DNA of 64,000 bases from Flavobacteriales bacterium (GCA_016716605.1 JADJWA010000001.1:2489330-2553329); one strand, 5' to 3'; numbered from the stretch's first letter, positions 43,366 to 54,006 are shown. Notes: generated by a model from the sequence alone, not told the origin. Made by a program: numbers and translations.

Positions 43366-44312
43366 GCGAATCGGCAGTTGTCCAGCGATCCCGCCCCGCG
43401 CAGGAAGTCTGCCGCGCTCATGCGCGTGCGGCCTTCAGGCTGCAGTTCCAGGATGGTGAGCCAGGCATCGGCGCATGCGGCCATCATCATTCCTTGCTGC
43501 ACCAGCACCGCACCAGGGGCGGAATTCACAGGGCCGGTGGCACTTCGGGCTGTGCGCAGGACCTTGAAGCGTTCGTGCCGTCCATCGGGGCGCTCGAGCA
43601 TGGTCCAGGCTCCGGGGTACGGGGAGAGCCCGCGGATCAGGTCATGCACACGGGCCGCTTGTTGGTCCCAACGCACTCGGCAGTTCTCCGGAGTCAGTTT
43701 CGGCGCCGTAGGAAGGCCTTCCGGATCGGGTTGCGGGGTGCAGTTGCGATCGCCTCGCAGCACGCGTTGCACCGTGTGCACGAGCAATGCCGCGCCCGCC
43801 AGCATGAGCGCGTCATGCAGTTCGCCAGCGGTGGTCTCCGGGCCGATGGCGACCTCCGTGCGATCGAGCATATCACCGGTGTCGATCTCTTCACGGATGA
43901 AGAAGGTCGTGGTGCCGGTGCGCTGTTCACCGTTGATGATGGCCCAGTTGATCGGTGCGGCGCCTCGGTAAGCGGGCAGCAAGGAGCCATGGAGGTTGAT
44001 GGTGCCCAGCTTCGGTTTCTGCCACACCGCGGAAGGAAGCATGCGGAAGGCCACCACCACGAAGAGGTCGGCGCCAAGGGAATCGAGCGCTTGCAGGAAA
44101 GCCGGGTCGCGCAGCTTCTCCGGTTGGAGCACCGGCAGCCCTTGCGCGATCGCGAATCGCTTAACGGGGCTCATGCGGAGTTTCCGCCCGCGACCAGCAG
44201 GGCGATCGGGCGCCGTGACCACGGCTGCCACCTCGATGCCCGCTCCCAGCAGCGCGCGCAGGCTGCCCACGGCGAAATCGGGCGTGCCCATGAATGCGAT
44301 GCGCTGGTTCAT
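43362..44312 (-). CDS. fmt: Methionyl-tRNA formyltransferase
   Basis: MNQRIAFMGTPDFAV, HGSLLPAYRGAAPINWAIINGE. ATGA overlaps at both ends. Confidence 0.9.
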   Translation of the reverse strand: MNQRIAFMGTPDFAVGSLRALLGAGIEVAAVVTAPDRPAGRGRKLRMSPVKRFAIAQGLPVLQPEKLRDPAFLQALDSLGADLFVVVAFRMLPSAVWQKPKLGTINLHGSLLPAYRGAAPINWAIINGEQRTGTTTFFIREEIDTGDMLDRTEVAIGPETTAGELHDALMLAGAALLVHTVQRVLRGDRNCTPQPDPEGLPTAPKLTPENCRVRWDQQAARVHDLIRGLSPYPGAWTMLERPDGRHERFKVLRTARSATGPVNSAPGAVLVQQGMMMAACADAWLTILELQPEGRTRMSAADFLRGAGSLDNCRFA

Positions 44313-44905
44313 CCCTTCCACGGTGAAGGGTGCGAAGGTGCTACGCGGAACCGATAGGGCAGCAGTGCGTCCGGGCCGGCATAGTCAACGCCCACGCGCG
44401 GGCCTATGACGATCGCGCTTCGCTTGGGCACGATGCCGTGATCCTCGATGGTGATCGGTCCTGCGATGAGGTCGCAACCCGTATGCGACGTGCGGATCCC
44501 GAGCGCTGCGCTCACCAGGCCCGGCCCATGCGTCCGGAGCACACGGCCGTTGCGGCGCGCGCGCATTCGCTCAACTCCCTCCAGCGGCTCCATCGCCCTG
44601 ATCAGCACCGCGTGCGGGGTTCCGCGCCCGTGGGTCACCACATTGAAGAGATGATGAATGCCATAGCACAGGTAAACGTATGCGGTGCCGCCCTGTGCGT
44701 ACATCACTTCGGTGCGGGCGGTCCTCCTTCCGCCGAAGGCATGCGAAGCGCGGTCGTTGACGCCGGCATAAGCCTCGGTCTCCGTGATGATGCCACTGGT
44801 GCGAGCGCCTTCGAATGCGGTCACCAGCACCTTGCCCAGCAGCTCGTGCGCGATGCGGACCGCAGCGCTCCGGGTATAGAATGCGCGTGGCAGCAAGGTG
44901 CTCAT
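44309..44905 (-). CDS. DNA-3-methyladenine glycosylase (Mpg/AAG family)
   Basis: IITETEAYAGVNDRASHAFGGRRTARTEVMYAQGGTAYVYLCYGIHHLFNVV. Confidence 0.85.
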   Translation of the reverse strand: MSTLLPRAFYTRSAAVRIAHELLGKVLVTAFEGARTSGIITETEAYAGVNDRASHAFGGRRTARTEVMYAQGGTAYVYLCYGIHHLFNVVTHGRGTPHAVLIRAMEPLEGVERMRARRNGRVLRTHGPGLVSAALGIRTSHTGCDLIAGPITIEDHGIVPKRSAIVIGPRVGVDYAGPDALLPYRFRVAPSHPSPWKG

Positions 44906-46749
44906 GGCGTCGCAGGGCCATCGCCGTACTCATCGCGCAGCGCCCGTTCGGCAGGGGTTACGCGCGCGTATCCGGCCAACGGCTCCATGGACAATGATGC
45001 GTCGGCCCCGGATGCAGCGGCCTTCTTCGCATGGCGTCGGCAACTGTCGCATCGGCCGCAATCGCTCTGGAGATGCTCGCCGAAATAGTCGAGCACGCTG
45101 CCCATGCGGCAGGCTGAGGTGCCATCCGCGAAGGCGAGCATCGCAGCCAATCGCTCTGCGGCGCGCTTCCGTCGATCGGCCAGTGCGGCGGGATCGAGCG
45201 TGAGCTTGGCGGCATCGGTGCGGGGCTGGAGCAAGGTGGCCAGGGGCGCATCGATGCGGGGCTGATAGGATAGGATGCCTTGCCGATCGAGGTCCCTCAG
45301 CCGCTTGTTCACTGATTCAACCGGGTTGCCGAGCAGCCGTGCGATGCGGGCCTCGTCGATAAGCGTGGCTTCCTCGAACAAGCCGCCATGCAAGCGCAAC
45401 AGGATCTCGATCACCGGCCCGAGGCGCTGATCGCTCACGCGCAGCCGGTGCACGCTTGCATGGTCGGCCGTGATGAGCACGCGCGACGGGCTGTGCGCGC
45501 CTTCGCTCAATGCGATGCGGCCATCGAGCTCCAGCGCCTTCAGTGAATTAGCCACCACGGGGGCGCGCAGCCCCGTGCGCTGTGCAAGTGCGCTGATGTC
45601 CACTGCATAGGATTCATGCAGGCCGGAACCCATGGCGATGGCGTGCATATCCGCGAAGGCTTGATACACCAGGCGGACCGTTTCGAGCGGCGGGAAGCTG
45701 TTGCGCAGCCGCTCCAGCGCTCGGTCCGCATCGCCGGGCCCGGTGATCAGGAATGCCCAGGCTTCCTGGCCATCGCGACCGGCGCGTCCCGCCTCCTGGT
45801 AGTAGCTCTCTAGGTCCGGAGGGGGCTCGAGGTGGATCACGCAGCGCACATCGGCCTTGTCGATGCCCATGCCGAAGGCGTTGGTGGCGGCCACGCAGCG
45901 GATCCTCCCTTCGGTCCATTCGCGCTGCACGCGATCACGCTCCGCCGTGCCGAGGCCGGCATGGTAGGCGGCGGCAGGAATGCCATGCTCCGAAAGGAGC
46001 TGCGCGATGCGCACCGTGGCCTTGCGCTCGCGGGCGTACACGATCGCGCTGCCCGTCACTTCGCGCAGGATGCGCAGCATGCGGCCGGTGCGGTCCTCGC
46101 CGCGGCTCACCCATAGAGCCAGCTCCGGGCGCGCGAATGAGGAGCGCATGAGCCGCCCCTCCGTGAAGGTGAGCTGCTGCATGATGTCAGCCGCGACGGC
46201 CGGCGTGGCCGAGGCGGTGAGCGCGAGCACAGGCACCTTGGGCAGCAGCGCCCGGGTCTCGGCGATGCGCCGATAGGCAGGCCTGAAATCGTGCCCCCAT
46301 TGAGAGATGCAGTGCGCTTCATCAACCGCGAGCAGGCCGATGGGAAGACGTGCAAGCCTGGCCTTGAGCAGGTCTGTGACCAATCGCTCGGGCGAGAGGT
46401 AGAGGAAGGCGAGCTTGCCCATCGCTGCCGCCTCGAGCGCATTATCGATCTCAGCTGCCTTCATGCCTGCGATGAGCGCGCGGGCCGTGATGCCCCGCCG
46501 CTTCAGGCCTTCGACCTGGTCCTTCATCAGCGCGATCAAGGGCGAGACCACCACGCAGAGCTGTCCCATGCACAAGGCGGGCACCTGGTAACAGATGCTC
46601 TTGCCCCCGCCTGTGGGCAGCAGCGCAAGCGTATCCTTCCCTTCGAGCGCGCGTGCGATGATCGCTTCCTGCCCTGGCCTGAAGCCGTCATAGCCCCAAT
46701 GCTGACGGAGAACATCCAAAGGCTGCCTGCGTGCTCTAGCGCCTAGCAT
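44902..46749 (-). CDS. recQ: ATP-dependent DNA helicase RecQ
   Basis: LLPTGGGKSICYQ, DEAHCISQWGHDFRPAY, TNAFGMGIDKADVRCVIH, and the Zn-finger cysteines CRMGSVLDYFGEHLQSDCGRCDSC. Confidence 0.92.
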   Translation of the reverse strand: MLGARARRQPLDVLRQHWGYDGFRPGQEAIIARALEGKDTLALLPTGGGKSICYQVPALCMGQLCVVVSPLIALMKDQVEGLKRRGITARALIAGMKAAEIDNALEAAAMGKLAFLYLSPERLVTDLLKARLARLPIGLLAVDEAHCISQWGHDFRPAYRRIAETRALLPKVPVLALTASATPAVAADIMQQLTFTEGRLMRSSFARPELALWVSRGEDRTGRMLRILREVTGSAIVYARERKATVRIAQLLSEHGIPAAAYHAGLGTAERDRVQREWTEGRIRCVAATNAFGMGIDKADVRCVIHLEPPPDLESYYQEAGRAGRDGQEAWAFLITGPGDADRALERLRNSFPPLETVRLVYQAFADMHAIAMGSGLHESYAVDISALAQRTGLRAPVVANSLKALELDGRIALSEGAHSPSRVLITADHASVHRLRVSDQRLGPVIEILLRLHGGLFEEATLIDEARIARLLGNPVESVNKRLRDLDRQGILSYQPRIDAPLATLLQPRTDAAKLTLDPAALADRRKRAAERLAAMLAFADGTSACRMGSVLDYFGEHLQSDCGRCDSCRRHAKKAAASGADASLSMEPLAGYARVTPAERALRDEYGDGPATP

Positions 46750-46810
46750 GTCGTTACGGTTCCTTCGTGGCAGGGGGCTACATTGCGCCGTTCACATAAG
46801 GCAGGCCCTC

Positions 46811-46818
46811 TACATTTG
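46811..46818 (+). promoter_or_regulatory. Bacteroidota-type -7 box (TACATTTG) upstream of ilvE
   Basis: It matches TAnnTTTG and ends 27 nt before ATG 46846. Confidence 0.4.
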
Positions 46819-46845
46819 GCACTGGCCCTTAGAAAGACGACGCGC

Positions 46846-47913
46846 ATGATCACCACCGGCGAAAAGATAGCCATCGAGCGCACCAAGGCCTCGCGGCTGC
46901 CGCAGACCGACCTGCAGAACATCAAGTTCGGCAGGGTCTTCAGCGACCACATGTTCGTGATGGACTTCGCCGATGGCGCTTGGCGCAAACCGCGCATCGA
47001 GCCGTTCGCGAACCTGAGCATGAGCCCGGCATCGCTGGTGCTGCACTACAGCCAGACCATATTCGAGGGCCTCAAGGCGTATCGCAGCGTTCAGGGAAGC
47101 ATCAACCTCATCAGGCCCCAGGACAACATCGCGCGCATGAAGCATAGCGCTGAGCGCATGTGCATGCCGCCCGTGCCTGAGGAGATCTTCCTCGAAGCGC
47201 TCATCGAGCTCATCCGCACCGATCGATCATGGATCCCGGATGACGAGGATGCGTCGCTCTACATCCGGCCCTTCCTCTTCGCCAGTGATGAGTTCATCGG
47301 CGTTCGTCCGAGCGACGGGTACCGCTTCATCATCTTCACATGCCCGGTGCGCGGCTATTACAATGAACCCGTGCGCGTGAAGATCGAGACCCGTTACAGC
47401 CGTGCCTTCCCGGGCGGCACCGGTGAGACCAAGTGCGGTGGCAACTATGCGGCAGCGCTGTACCCGGCCAAAATGGGCCAGGACCAGGGCTTCCACCAGC
47501 TGGTCTGGACGGATGGCCTCACGCATCAATACATTGAGGAGAGCGGCACCATGAATGTGTTCTTCAATATCGACGGCACGCTGGTGACCCCCGCGCTCGA
47601 TGGCACCATCCTCCGCGGCATCACGCGCGACAGCATCATCCGCATCGCCAAGGATGAGGGCATCAAGGTGGAGGAGCGCCGCGTATCCGTTGAGGAAGTG
47701 GAGGTCGCAGCGCGCAATGGCCGTTTGCGCTCGGCCTTCGGGGCCGGCACCGCTGCCACCATCGCGCACATCCAGACCATCGCCTTCGATGGTGCCACTT
47801 ACGACCTCCCGGGTGTGGAAACGCGGGAGCTCGCCAACCGGATCGGCAAGAAGCTCGATGACATCCGGCGCGGGCGCATCGCTGATCCATACGGATGGGT
47901 GGTGCCGGTGTGA
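46846..47913 (+). CDS. ilvE: Branched-chain amino acid aminotransferase
   Basis: FGRVFSDHMF, LHYSQTIFEGLKAYR, GTGETKCGGNYAA, GITRDSII. Confidence 0.9.
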   Translation: MITTGEKIAIERTKASRLPQTDLQNIKFGRVFSDHMFVMDFADGAWRKPRIEPFANLSMSPASLVLHYSQTIFEGLKAYRSVQGSINLIRPQDNIARMKHSAERMCMPPVPEEIFLEALIELIRTDRSWIPDDEDASLYIRPFLFASDEFIGVRPSDGYRFIIFTCPVRGYYNEPVRVKIETRYSRAFPGGTGETKCGGNYAAALYPAKMGQDQGFHQLVWTDGLTHQYIEESGTMNVFFNIDGTLVTPALDGTILRGITRDSIIRIAKDEGIKVEERRVSVEEVEVAARNGRLRSAFGAGTAATIAHIQTIAFDGATYDLPGVETRELANRIGKKLDDIRRGRIADPYGWVVPV

Positions 47914-47933
47914 GCCATACGCAGCATGTTTTT

Positions 47934-47957
47934 GGAAGCCGCCTCTTGGCGGCTTCC
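47934..47957. terminator. Perfect 10-bp hairpin between convergent ilvE and the J-domain gene
   Basis: GGAAGCCGCC-TCTT-GGCGGCTTCC, followed on the plus strand by ATCATTT. It abuts the minus-strand stop at 47959. Confidence 0.55.
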
Positions 47958-47958
47958 A

Positions 47959-48450
47959 TCATTTGGCCCTGAGGCCCGCGATGCTGTCCGGCAGCACGGC
48001 AAGGCCTGGCAGGGTGAACAGAAGCACGTAAGAGGGCCAGCCGAAGAAACCGCAGCCGATGCAGATGCCGCTCACCAGGAGCACGCCGAAGGCCAGGCCT
48101 GTGAGGTGCAAGCTGTGGAAGAGCGTTCGGTCGGCGCGTGTTGCCGGCCCATCCTCCACCGCAGTTCGACGTGCTCGGGTATTAAAGGTGGGCCTACGGG
48201 GCGCAGCGGCCTCCTCGGCCGAACGATAGAAGCGGAGCTGCTCATCGTAGGCGGTGCGGAGGCCTTGATCCTTCAGTGTGAGGTAGGCCTCGTGCAAGGC
48301 ATGGAAGACCTCGCTGGCCTTGATGGAATCGTTGCGGTCCGGGTGCCATTGCTTGACGCGCTCCCGGTAGGCCCGCTTCACCTCATCCGTGGTGGCATCC
48401 CGCGGCACGCCGAGCACCTTGTAATGGTCGTAGCGCAACGATCGCTGCAT
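47959..48450 (-). CDS. J-domain (DnaJ-like) protein with C-terminal membrane segments
   Basis: YKVLGVPRDATTDEVKRAYRERVKQWHPDRN (HPD motif). C-terminal hydrophobic LHLTGLAFGVLLVSGICIGCGFFGW. Confidence 0.75.
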   Translation of the reverse strand: MQRSLRYDHYKVLGVPRDATTDEVKRAYRERVKQWHPDRNDSIKASEVFHALHEAYLTLKDQGLRTAYDEQLRFYRSAEEAAAPRRPTFNTRARRTAVEDGPATRADRTLFHSLHLTGLAFGVLLVSGICIGCGFFGWPSYVLLFTLPGLAVLPDSIAGLRAK

Positions 48451-48531
48451 GCCTTCTTGGTTCAGTCTTGATCGGATTCCGGCCGCCTTCTATGCGATCG
48501 GCAGCGCCAAGTTATCTTACCACGGCAACGC

Positions 48532-49869
48532 ATGCGCACCGGGATCCTTGCCCTCTCTGTCCTGGCCCTGGCACCGATGTGCCTGTCGGCGCAGCCCGTT
48601 GCGCTCAATGGCATCGTGCTCGATGCGGAGACCAACCTGCCACTCCCAGGCGCCCACGTGCGCTTGGCGGGCTCTGTGAAGGGCGCCGTCGCCGATGCCA
48701 CCGGCAGATTCCAGATGTCCGTGATGAGCGGCGAGGATGCGTCCTTGCGCATCAGCTTCACGGGGTATTCGGAGCTCAAGCTGAAGGTGCTCGCGTTTGA
48801 GCTGGAAACCAGTGAGACGCTGATCGCACGCTTGCAGCGTGCCGTGATCCTGCTCGATCCCGCTGAAGTGCGCGCGAGGCAGGCGCCCGAAGTGGTGTTC
48901 CAACGGCCTGACCTGCACGTCGGCGGCTTCCTCGCCAATGGTGAAGGGCTCTGGGTGCTGGCCTACGATAAGCCCCAGCTCTGGCATGCGCAGGCCGATG
49001 CGGGGCAACGCGTGATGCGTGCGCCACGCCTCGTGCTGCTCGATACGATGCTGCGCGAAACGGCCACGGCGGCTTTGCCCGCGGATGCGCGCGCCATGCA
49101 CCGCGACCATGCTGGAAGGCCCGTGGTGGAGGGCCGCGACGAAGGTTGGATGGCGCGCCGAGATGGGGACGGGATGGTGCTCGGCCGCATCGACCAGGAG
49201 CTGCTGCGTGAAGCCGTGCTGCCTTGGACCGACAGCATCAGCGGCCGATTGCTCGGCAACAACCGCAATGAGGCGTATCCGGCATTCGAGCATTTCGCGC
49301 GCGACCTGAAGGCTGGCAAGGATCGGCTGCTCTGCACCGTGCAGGATGATTTCATGATGGAGCTCTTCCGCAGCCAGTACAAGTACATGAGCGGCCCCGA
49401 CAAGGTGATCGCCATGGACCTTGAGATCGAGACCGGCATCGACCGCGAGATCATCGCGGGCTTCATGACCGGCTTCCACAAGGACCTCTACTTCAAGGTA
49501 CCCTATGCTCCGCTATTCGTGGTTCGCGATACACTATGCGTGTTCGACCACGCCAGGGAGCGCATCCGCCGGTTCCTGCCCGATGGAACCGCGATCACGG
49601 AAGTCGCGATGCGCCATGCCGGGGAGCGGCATTGGGCCAAGGCCCTGATCCAGGATCAACACGGCGGGCAGGTGTACGCGCTCTTCCGGCAGGGGCCGCG
49701 CACTTGGCTGCGTGCGGTTGATGCGCGGGATGGATCGATGGGCGCGCCTTCGATGCTCGTGCACCCGTTCCCGGAGGATGTGCAGGTGCATGAAGGCCAC
49801 GCGTACTACGTGTACCGGCCCCATGGGTCAACGCAGAAGCGGACGCTGTACCGGGAGCGGTTGAAGTAA
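48532..49869 (+). CDS. Secreted protein with N-terminal carboxypeptidase-regulatory-like domain
   Basis: Signal peptide MRTGILALSVLALAPMCLSAQ, then NGIVLDAETNLPLPGAHVRLAGSVKGAVADATGRFQMSV (CarboxypepD_reg pattern). The remainder is unassigned. Confidence 0.6.
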   Translation: MRTGILALSVLALAPMCLSAQPVALNGIVLDAETNLPLPGAHVRLAGSVKGAVADATGRFQMSVMSGEDASLRISFTGYSELKLKVLAFELETSETLIARLQRAVILLDPAEVRARQAPEVVFQRPDLHVGGFLANGEGLWVLAYDKPQLWHAQADAGQRVMRAPRLVLLDTMLRETATAALPADARAMHRDHAGRPVVEGRDEGWMARRDGDGMVLGRIDQELLREAVLPWTDSISGRLLGNNRNEAYPAFEHFARDLKAGKDRLLCTVQDDFMMELFRSQYKYMSGPDKVIAMDLEIETGIDREIIAGFMTGFHKDLYFKVPYAPLFVVRDTLCVFDHARERIRRFLPDGTAITEVAMRHAGERHWAKALIQDQHGGQVYALFRQGPRTWLRAVDARDGSMGAPSMLVHPFPEDVQVHEGHAYYVYRPHGSTQKRTLYRERLK

Positions 49870-49877
49870 GGGTTGAT

Positions 49878-50339
49878 TCAGGCTGCGGAAACAGTCGGCT
49901 CGCAATTCACCGGGAAATTCACGCTGCGCGCAATGAAGCAGTACTTGTGCGCCTCACCATGGAAGTAGCGGGCCTTCTCCATCATGCCCATGCCCTCCAC
50001 CACTACCTGGGGCCGAAGCACGGCCTTGGTGAAATGCCCGCCGCCATCCTTGGTGAGCAGGAGAGCGCCCTCGGCTTGATCGCGATAGCTGAGCACGTTG
50101 ATGCGCGCGCGCGCGCAGAGCGCGAGGTAGGTGAGCAGGTGGCAGCTGCTGAGCGCGGCGAGCAGGAGGTCTTCCGGATTGTGCAAGCTCCCGTCGCCGC
50201 GGAATGCACGGTCGGCGGTGACGCGCATCTCGCTCTTGCCATTGATGCGGATGAGATGCTCGCGCGTGTATTCCTCATAGTTCCGCGTATGGTCACCGCG
50301 CCACAGCAGTTCCACCGCATAAAGGTGCATATCGGACAT
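49878..50339 (-). CDS. OsmC family peroxiredoxin-like protein
   Basis: NPEDLLLAALSSCHLLTYLALCARARINV and KYCFIARSVNFPV (the two conserved Cys contexts). The start is set at MSDMHLYAV. Confidence 0.8.
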   Translation of the reverse strand: MSDMHLYAVELLWRGDHTRNYEEYTREHLIRINGKSEMRVTADRAFRGDGSLHNPEDLLLAALSSCHLLTYLALCARARINVLSYRDQAEGALLLTKDGGGHFTKAVLRPQVVVEGMGMMEKARYFHGEAHKYCFIARSVNFPVNCEPTVSAA

Positions 50340-50400
50340 GGGGTGAAAGTAAACGCCCGATCCATCGCTGGACCGGGCGCTGCCTTGGCTTGTTCGCGAC

Positions 50401-52566
50401 TTAATGCTTCGCCTCCCCAGCGAAAGTGGGCGTGATCCCCACGCTCTTGAAAAAGAAGGCCCACTTATCCGCCTGCTCCTCGATGATCTTGCTGGTGGGT
50501 TTGCCAGCACCGTGTCCGGCTTGCGTCTCCACGCGGATCAGCACTGGCGCATCACCTTGCTGCGCGGGCTGCAGCGCGCTGATGAACTTGAAGCTGTGCG
50601 CGGGCACCACGCGGTCGTCGTGATCGGCGGTCATCACCAAGGTAGCGGGGTACTTCGCGGGCTTGCAGTTATGCAAGGGCGAGTACTTGATCAGGTAGTC
50701 GAACTCCTCCTTGCTGTTCTCGGCGTTGCCGTACTCGGGCACCCAGCCAAAGCCGGCCGTGAACTTCTGGTAGCGCAGCATGTCGAGCACGCCCACCTCC
50801 GGGAAGCACACCCCGAAGAGATCGGGGCGCTGCGTCATCACGGCACCCACGAGCAGGCCGCCGTTGCTGCCGCCGTTGATTCCCAAGTGCGCGCTGTCGG
50901 TCCATTTCTCCTTGATCAGGTATTCAGCGGCAGCGATGAAATCATCGAACACGTTCTGCTTCTTGTCCTTCATGCCGGCCTTGTGCCAGTCCTCGCCGTA
51001 CTCACCGCCGCCGCGCAGATTGGCCAGCGCGAACACGCCGCCTTGCTCCAGGAGGAGCATTCGGCTGGTGCTGAAGCTGGGGGAGAGACTGATGTTGAAT
51101 CCGCCGTAGGCGTAGAGCAGGGTGGGGTTCTGGCCATTCTTCTCCACGCCTTTCTTGCGCACAATGAACATCGGGACCTTCGTACCGTCCTTGCTGGGAT
51201 AGAAGACCTGATCGGTGACGAACTGTGAAGGGTCGAACTTCAGCTCAGGGCGGAACCACACTTCACTCTGCCCGGTGGCGTAATCGTACTTGAAGATGCT
51301 ACCCGGATCGGTGAAGCTGGTGAAGCTGTAAAAGCTATAGGTATCGTTTCGCTTGCCGCCGAAGCCGCCCGCGCTGCCGATGTCGGGCAATGCGATCTCT
51401 TGCTTGCCGCTGCCATCGAGCTTCAAGCGGTAGAAGCGGCTGGTGGCATCCTTCAGGTATTCGGCGAAGAGATTCCCGCCGCCGGTGCTCACGCCTTGCA
51501 GCAGCTCTTTGGCCTCGGGGATGATGTCCTTCCAGTTCTCCTTGGCGGGGTTCTTCGGATCCACCTCCACCAAGCGGTAGTTGGGCGCATCCACCTCGGT
51601 CATCACCAAGAATCTGCCGGTGGCGGGTACGAAGTCGATGATGCTCGTCTTGTGGTCGAATCCGGTCTGCAGGGGCACCCACTTGGTGGCAGGTGAGGGC
51701 AGGCCGCCGCTGCGCAGATCATGGAAGTGCATCTCGAAGCCGTTGGTGCCCGTGCTGATGTAGAGCGTCGCGAATTCCTCTTCCTCTGTGACGCCAACGC
51801 CCACGTAGAGGTCTCCGTTGTCCTTGTTCTCCCAAACGAGCTGGTCCTTCTCTTGCGCATCGCCCAGCTTGTGGTAATAGACCTTCTGGAATTTGCTGGC
51901 CGCGCTGAGCTCGGTGCCCTTGGCCGGCGTGGGGTAGCGGCTATAGAAGAAGCCGTCCTTATAGAAGGAGGCGCCGCTGAATTTGCTCCACTTGATCAGG
52001 TCAGTGGTAGGCTGCAGGGTGATGAGGTCGTACACCATGATCTCCTGCCAATCGCTGCCGGCCTTCTGCACGCTCACGGCCATGTATCGGTCGTCTTTGC
52101 TGGTGCCGATGGGATTGTAGGTGGTGGTGCCCGCGGGATCGAGCTGGTTCGGGTCGATGAAGACCTTGTCCTGGCCTTCGAGCCCTTCGCGCACATGGAT
52201 CACGGCTTGGTTCTGCAAGCCGCTGTTCTTCCACACGAAATACAGATTGCCCACGCGCATGGGGCCATACACCTTCGGGAAGTTGTAGAGTTCCTCGTAG
52301 CGCTTGGCCAGTGCGCTGCGGAAGGGGACCTTCTCCAGGATGGCGTTGGTGACCGCGTTTTGCCGCTTCACCCAATCGGCTGTTTCGGCGCTGGTATCGT
52401 TCTCGAGCCAGCGGTAGGGGTCGGCTACCCAGGTGCCATGCAGTTCGTCGCCAGCGGTTGAGTCTTTGCGGGTCTCCGGGTAGGTGATTCGCTCCACGGG
52501 CTGCTCGGTTGTGCCACAGGCGCCGAGAAGAGCCAAGGGCAGGGCAAGGATAAGAGGCTTGTGCAT
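50401..52566 (-). CDS. Prolyl oligopeptidase (S9A family)
   Basis: DPYRWLEND, the beta-propeller region, catalytic GGSNGGLLVG, DHDDRVVPAHS, and lipoprotein-like signal LLGACG. Confidence 0.92.
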   Translation of the reverse strand: MHKPLILALPLALLGACGTTEQPVERITYPETRKDSTAGDELHGTWVADPYRWLENDTSAETADWVKRQNAVTNAILEKVPFRSALAKRYEELYNFPKVYGPMRVGNLYFVWKNSGLQNQAVIHVREGLEGQDKVFIDPNQLDPAGTTTYNPIGTSKDDRYMAVSVQKAGSDWQEIMVYDLITLQPTTDLIKWSKFSGASFYKDGFFYSRYPTPAKGTELSAASKFQKVYYHKLGDAQEKDQLVWENKDNGDLYVGVGVTEEEEFATLYISTGTNGFEMHFHDLRSGGLPSPATKWVPLQTGFDHKTSIIDFVPATGRFLVMTEVDAPNYRLVEVDPKNPAKENWKDIIPEAKELLQGVSTGGGNLFAEYLKDATSRFYRLKLDGSGKQEIALPDIGSAGGFGGKRNDTYSFYSFTSFTDPGSIFKYDYATGQSEVWFRPELKFDPSQFVTDQVFYPSKDGTKVPMFIVRKKGVEKNGQNPTLLYAYGGFNISLSPSFSTSRMLLLEQGGVFALANLRGGGEYGEDWHKAGMKDKKQNVFDDFIAAAEYLIKEKWTDSAHLGINGGSNGGLLVGAVMTQRPDLFGVCFPEVGVLDMLRYQKFTAGFGWVPEYGNAENSKEEFDYLIKYSPLHNCKPAKYPATLVMTADHDDRVVPAHSFKFISALQPAQQGDAPVLIRVETQAGHGAGKPTSKIIEEQADKWAFFFKSVGITPTFAGEAKH

Positions 52567-52645
52567 GGTGCTTCGCGATGAAGGACGGCCAAGCTACCAG
52601 TAGAATGCAATGCGCGCGGAAGGGAGGGAGTGACCAGCGGTTGGC

Positions 52646-53962
52646 TCAGGCCACCTTGCGGCGGGACAGCTTCTGGCTGGCCAGTTCGAATTGCGTGCCC
52701 GGCTCGTCGAGCAAGCGGATGTCGCAATCGAGTTGTCCGGCGAGGGTATGGATCAGCTCCATGCCAAGGCTGTTGGGCCGATGGAAGCCATCGCGGCTCT
52801 TGAGTCCCACCCCGTCATCGCCCACGCGCATGCGCAAGCCATCGGCCTCACTGCCATGCAGGTGGAAGGTGATGGTGCCGCTGCTGCGCCCGGGGAAGGC
52901 GTATTTGAAGCTGTTGCTGATCACCTCGTTCACCAAGAGGCCGAGGGGCACCAGCGTGTCCACGGTAAGGGTCTTCACGCTGATATCGATGTCCATCTTC
53001 AGCTTGATGTTCACGGAATAGGCGTAAACGAGGTCGCGCACCAGGCTGTTCAGGTAGCCATCAACAGGGATGTTCGCCAGGTCCTTGGTGAGGTAGGTCT
53101 GTTCGTGCACCAGGGCCATGGCGCTCACGCGGTTCACGCATTCATTGAAGAGTTCATTCGTGCGCGGATCCTTCACCTGGTCCATCTGGAATCGGATGAG
53201 GCTCTTCACGATCTGAAGGTTGTTCTTCACGCGATGATGGATCTCCTTGATCATCACCTCTTTCTCCTCTTTGCTGAGCATGGTCTCGCGGAGCTCGCGG
53301 TTGGCTCGTTCCACGCTCTGCCGCGCCGCATCGAGCTGCTCCGCGCGCGAGCGGCTCTCCGCGAGCAGCTTGCCCCTTGCACCCACGAGCCAGGCCATGG
53401 CCACGGCCAGGAGGCAAGCTGCGATGAGCAGGACCTGGGCTTCGTTCCATTGCTGGCTGAGCGTGCTTGAGTGCGCGCTCAGGCCCTTCTCGTGGACCGC
53501 GCGTGCGTTGCGGTCGATGGCCTTCTGCGCACGGCCCATCATGATCTGGAACACGGCCTCCACGGATCTCAGGTCCGTGATGTGGTCGCCGCGGAGCACG
53601 GCCTGGGCGTGCAGCGAATCGGCCTGCGTGAGCGCCGGTAGGAGGTCGGGCACCAGGCGCTCAACGCCGGGCAGCCCTGCGAATGAAGCATCAATGCTCA
53701 GTGCGCGGCGCTGCAACTCATCCAGGCCGGCGGGCCATTGGTGCTGTCCACTGTTCACGTCGACGCGATGCACCACGTTCAAGCGATGGAGTTCGTCGCC
53801 TATTTGGCTCAGGGCATCGAGCAGGCGCACCTCCTTGGTGATGCGTTCCTGCACCATCCGTGAACGGGATACCAGGCTGATCCCATATCCGATGAAGAGA
53901 AGGGCGAGCAATCCGGCGGCGACGGGCCATCGGCGCCATGCGTGGAATGGAGAATGGGACAT
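52646..53962 (-). CDS. Membrane sensor histidine kinase (HisKA_2-type)
   Basis: Two TM segments flank a periplasmic region of about 150 aa. H-box EIHHRVKNNLQIVKSLIRFQ, N-box LLVNEVISNSFKYAF, G-box GDDGVGL. Confidence 0.8.
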   Translation of the reverse strand: MSHSPFHAWRRWPVAAGLLALLFIGYGISLVSRSRMVQERITKEVRLLDALSQIGDELHRLNVVHRVDVNSGQHQWPAGLDELQRRALSIDASFAGLPGVERLVPDLLPALTQADSLHAQAVLRGDHITDLRSVEAVFQIMMGRAQKAIDRNARAVHEKGLSAHSSTLSQQWNEAQVLLIAACLLAVAMAWLVGARGKLLAESRSRAEQLDAARQSVERANRELRETMLSKEEKEVMIKEIHHRVKNNLQIVKSLIRFQMDQVKDPRTNELFNECVNRVSAMALVHEQTYLTKDLANIPVDGYLNSLVRDLVYAYSVNIKLKMDIDISVKTLTVDTLVPLGLLVNEVISNSFKYAFPGRSSGTITFHLHGSEADGLRMRVGDDGVGLKSRDGFHRPNSLGMELIHTLAGQLDCDIRLLDEPGTQFELASQKLSRRKVA

Positions 53963-54006
53963 GCGCCGCCTTTCAACGGCGGTGCGCCCCACGGGTTGCG
54001 CCGCGT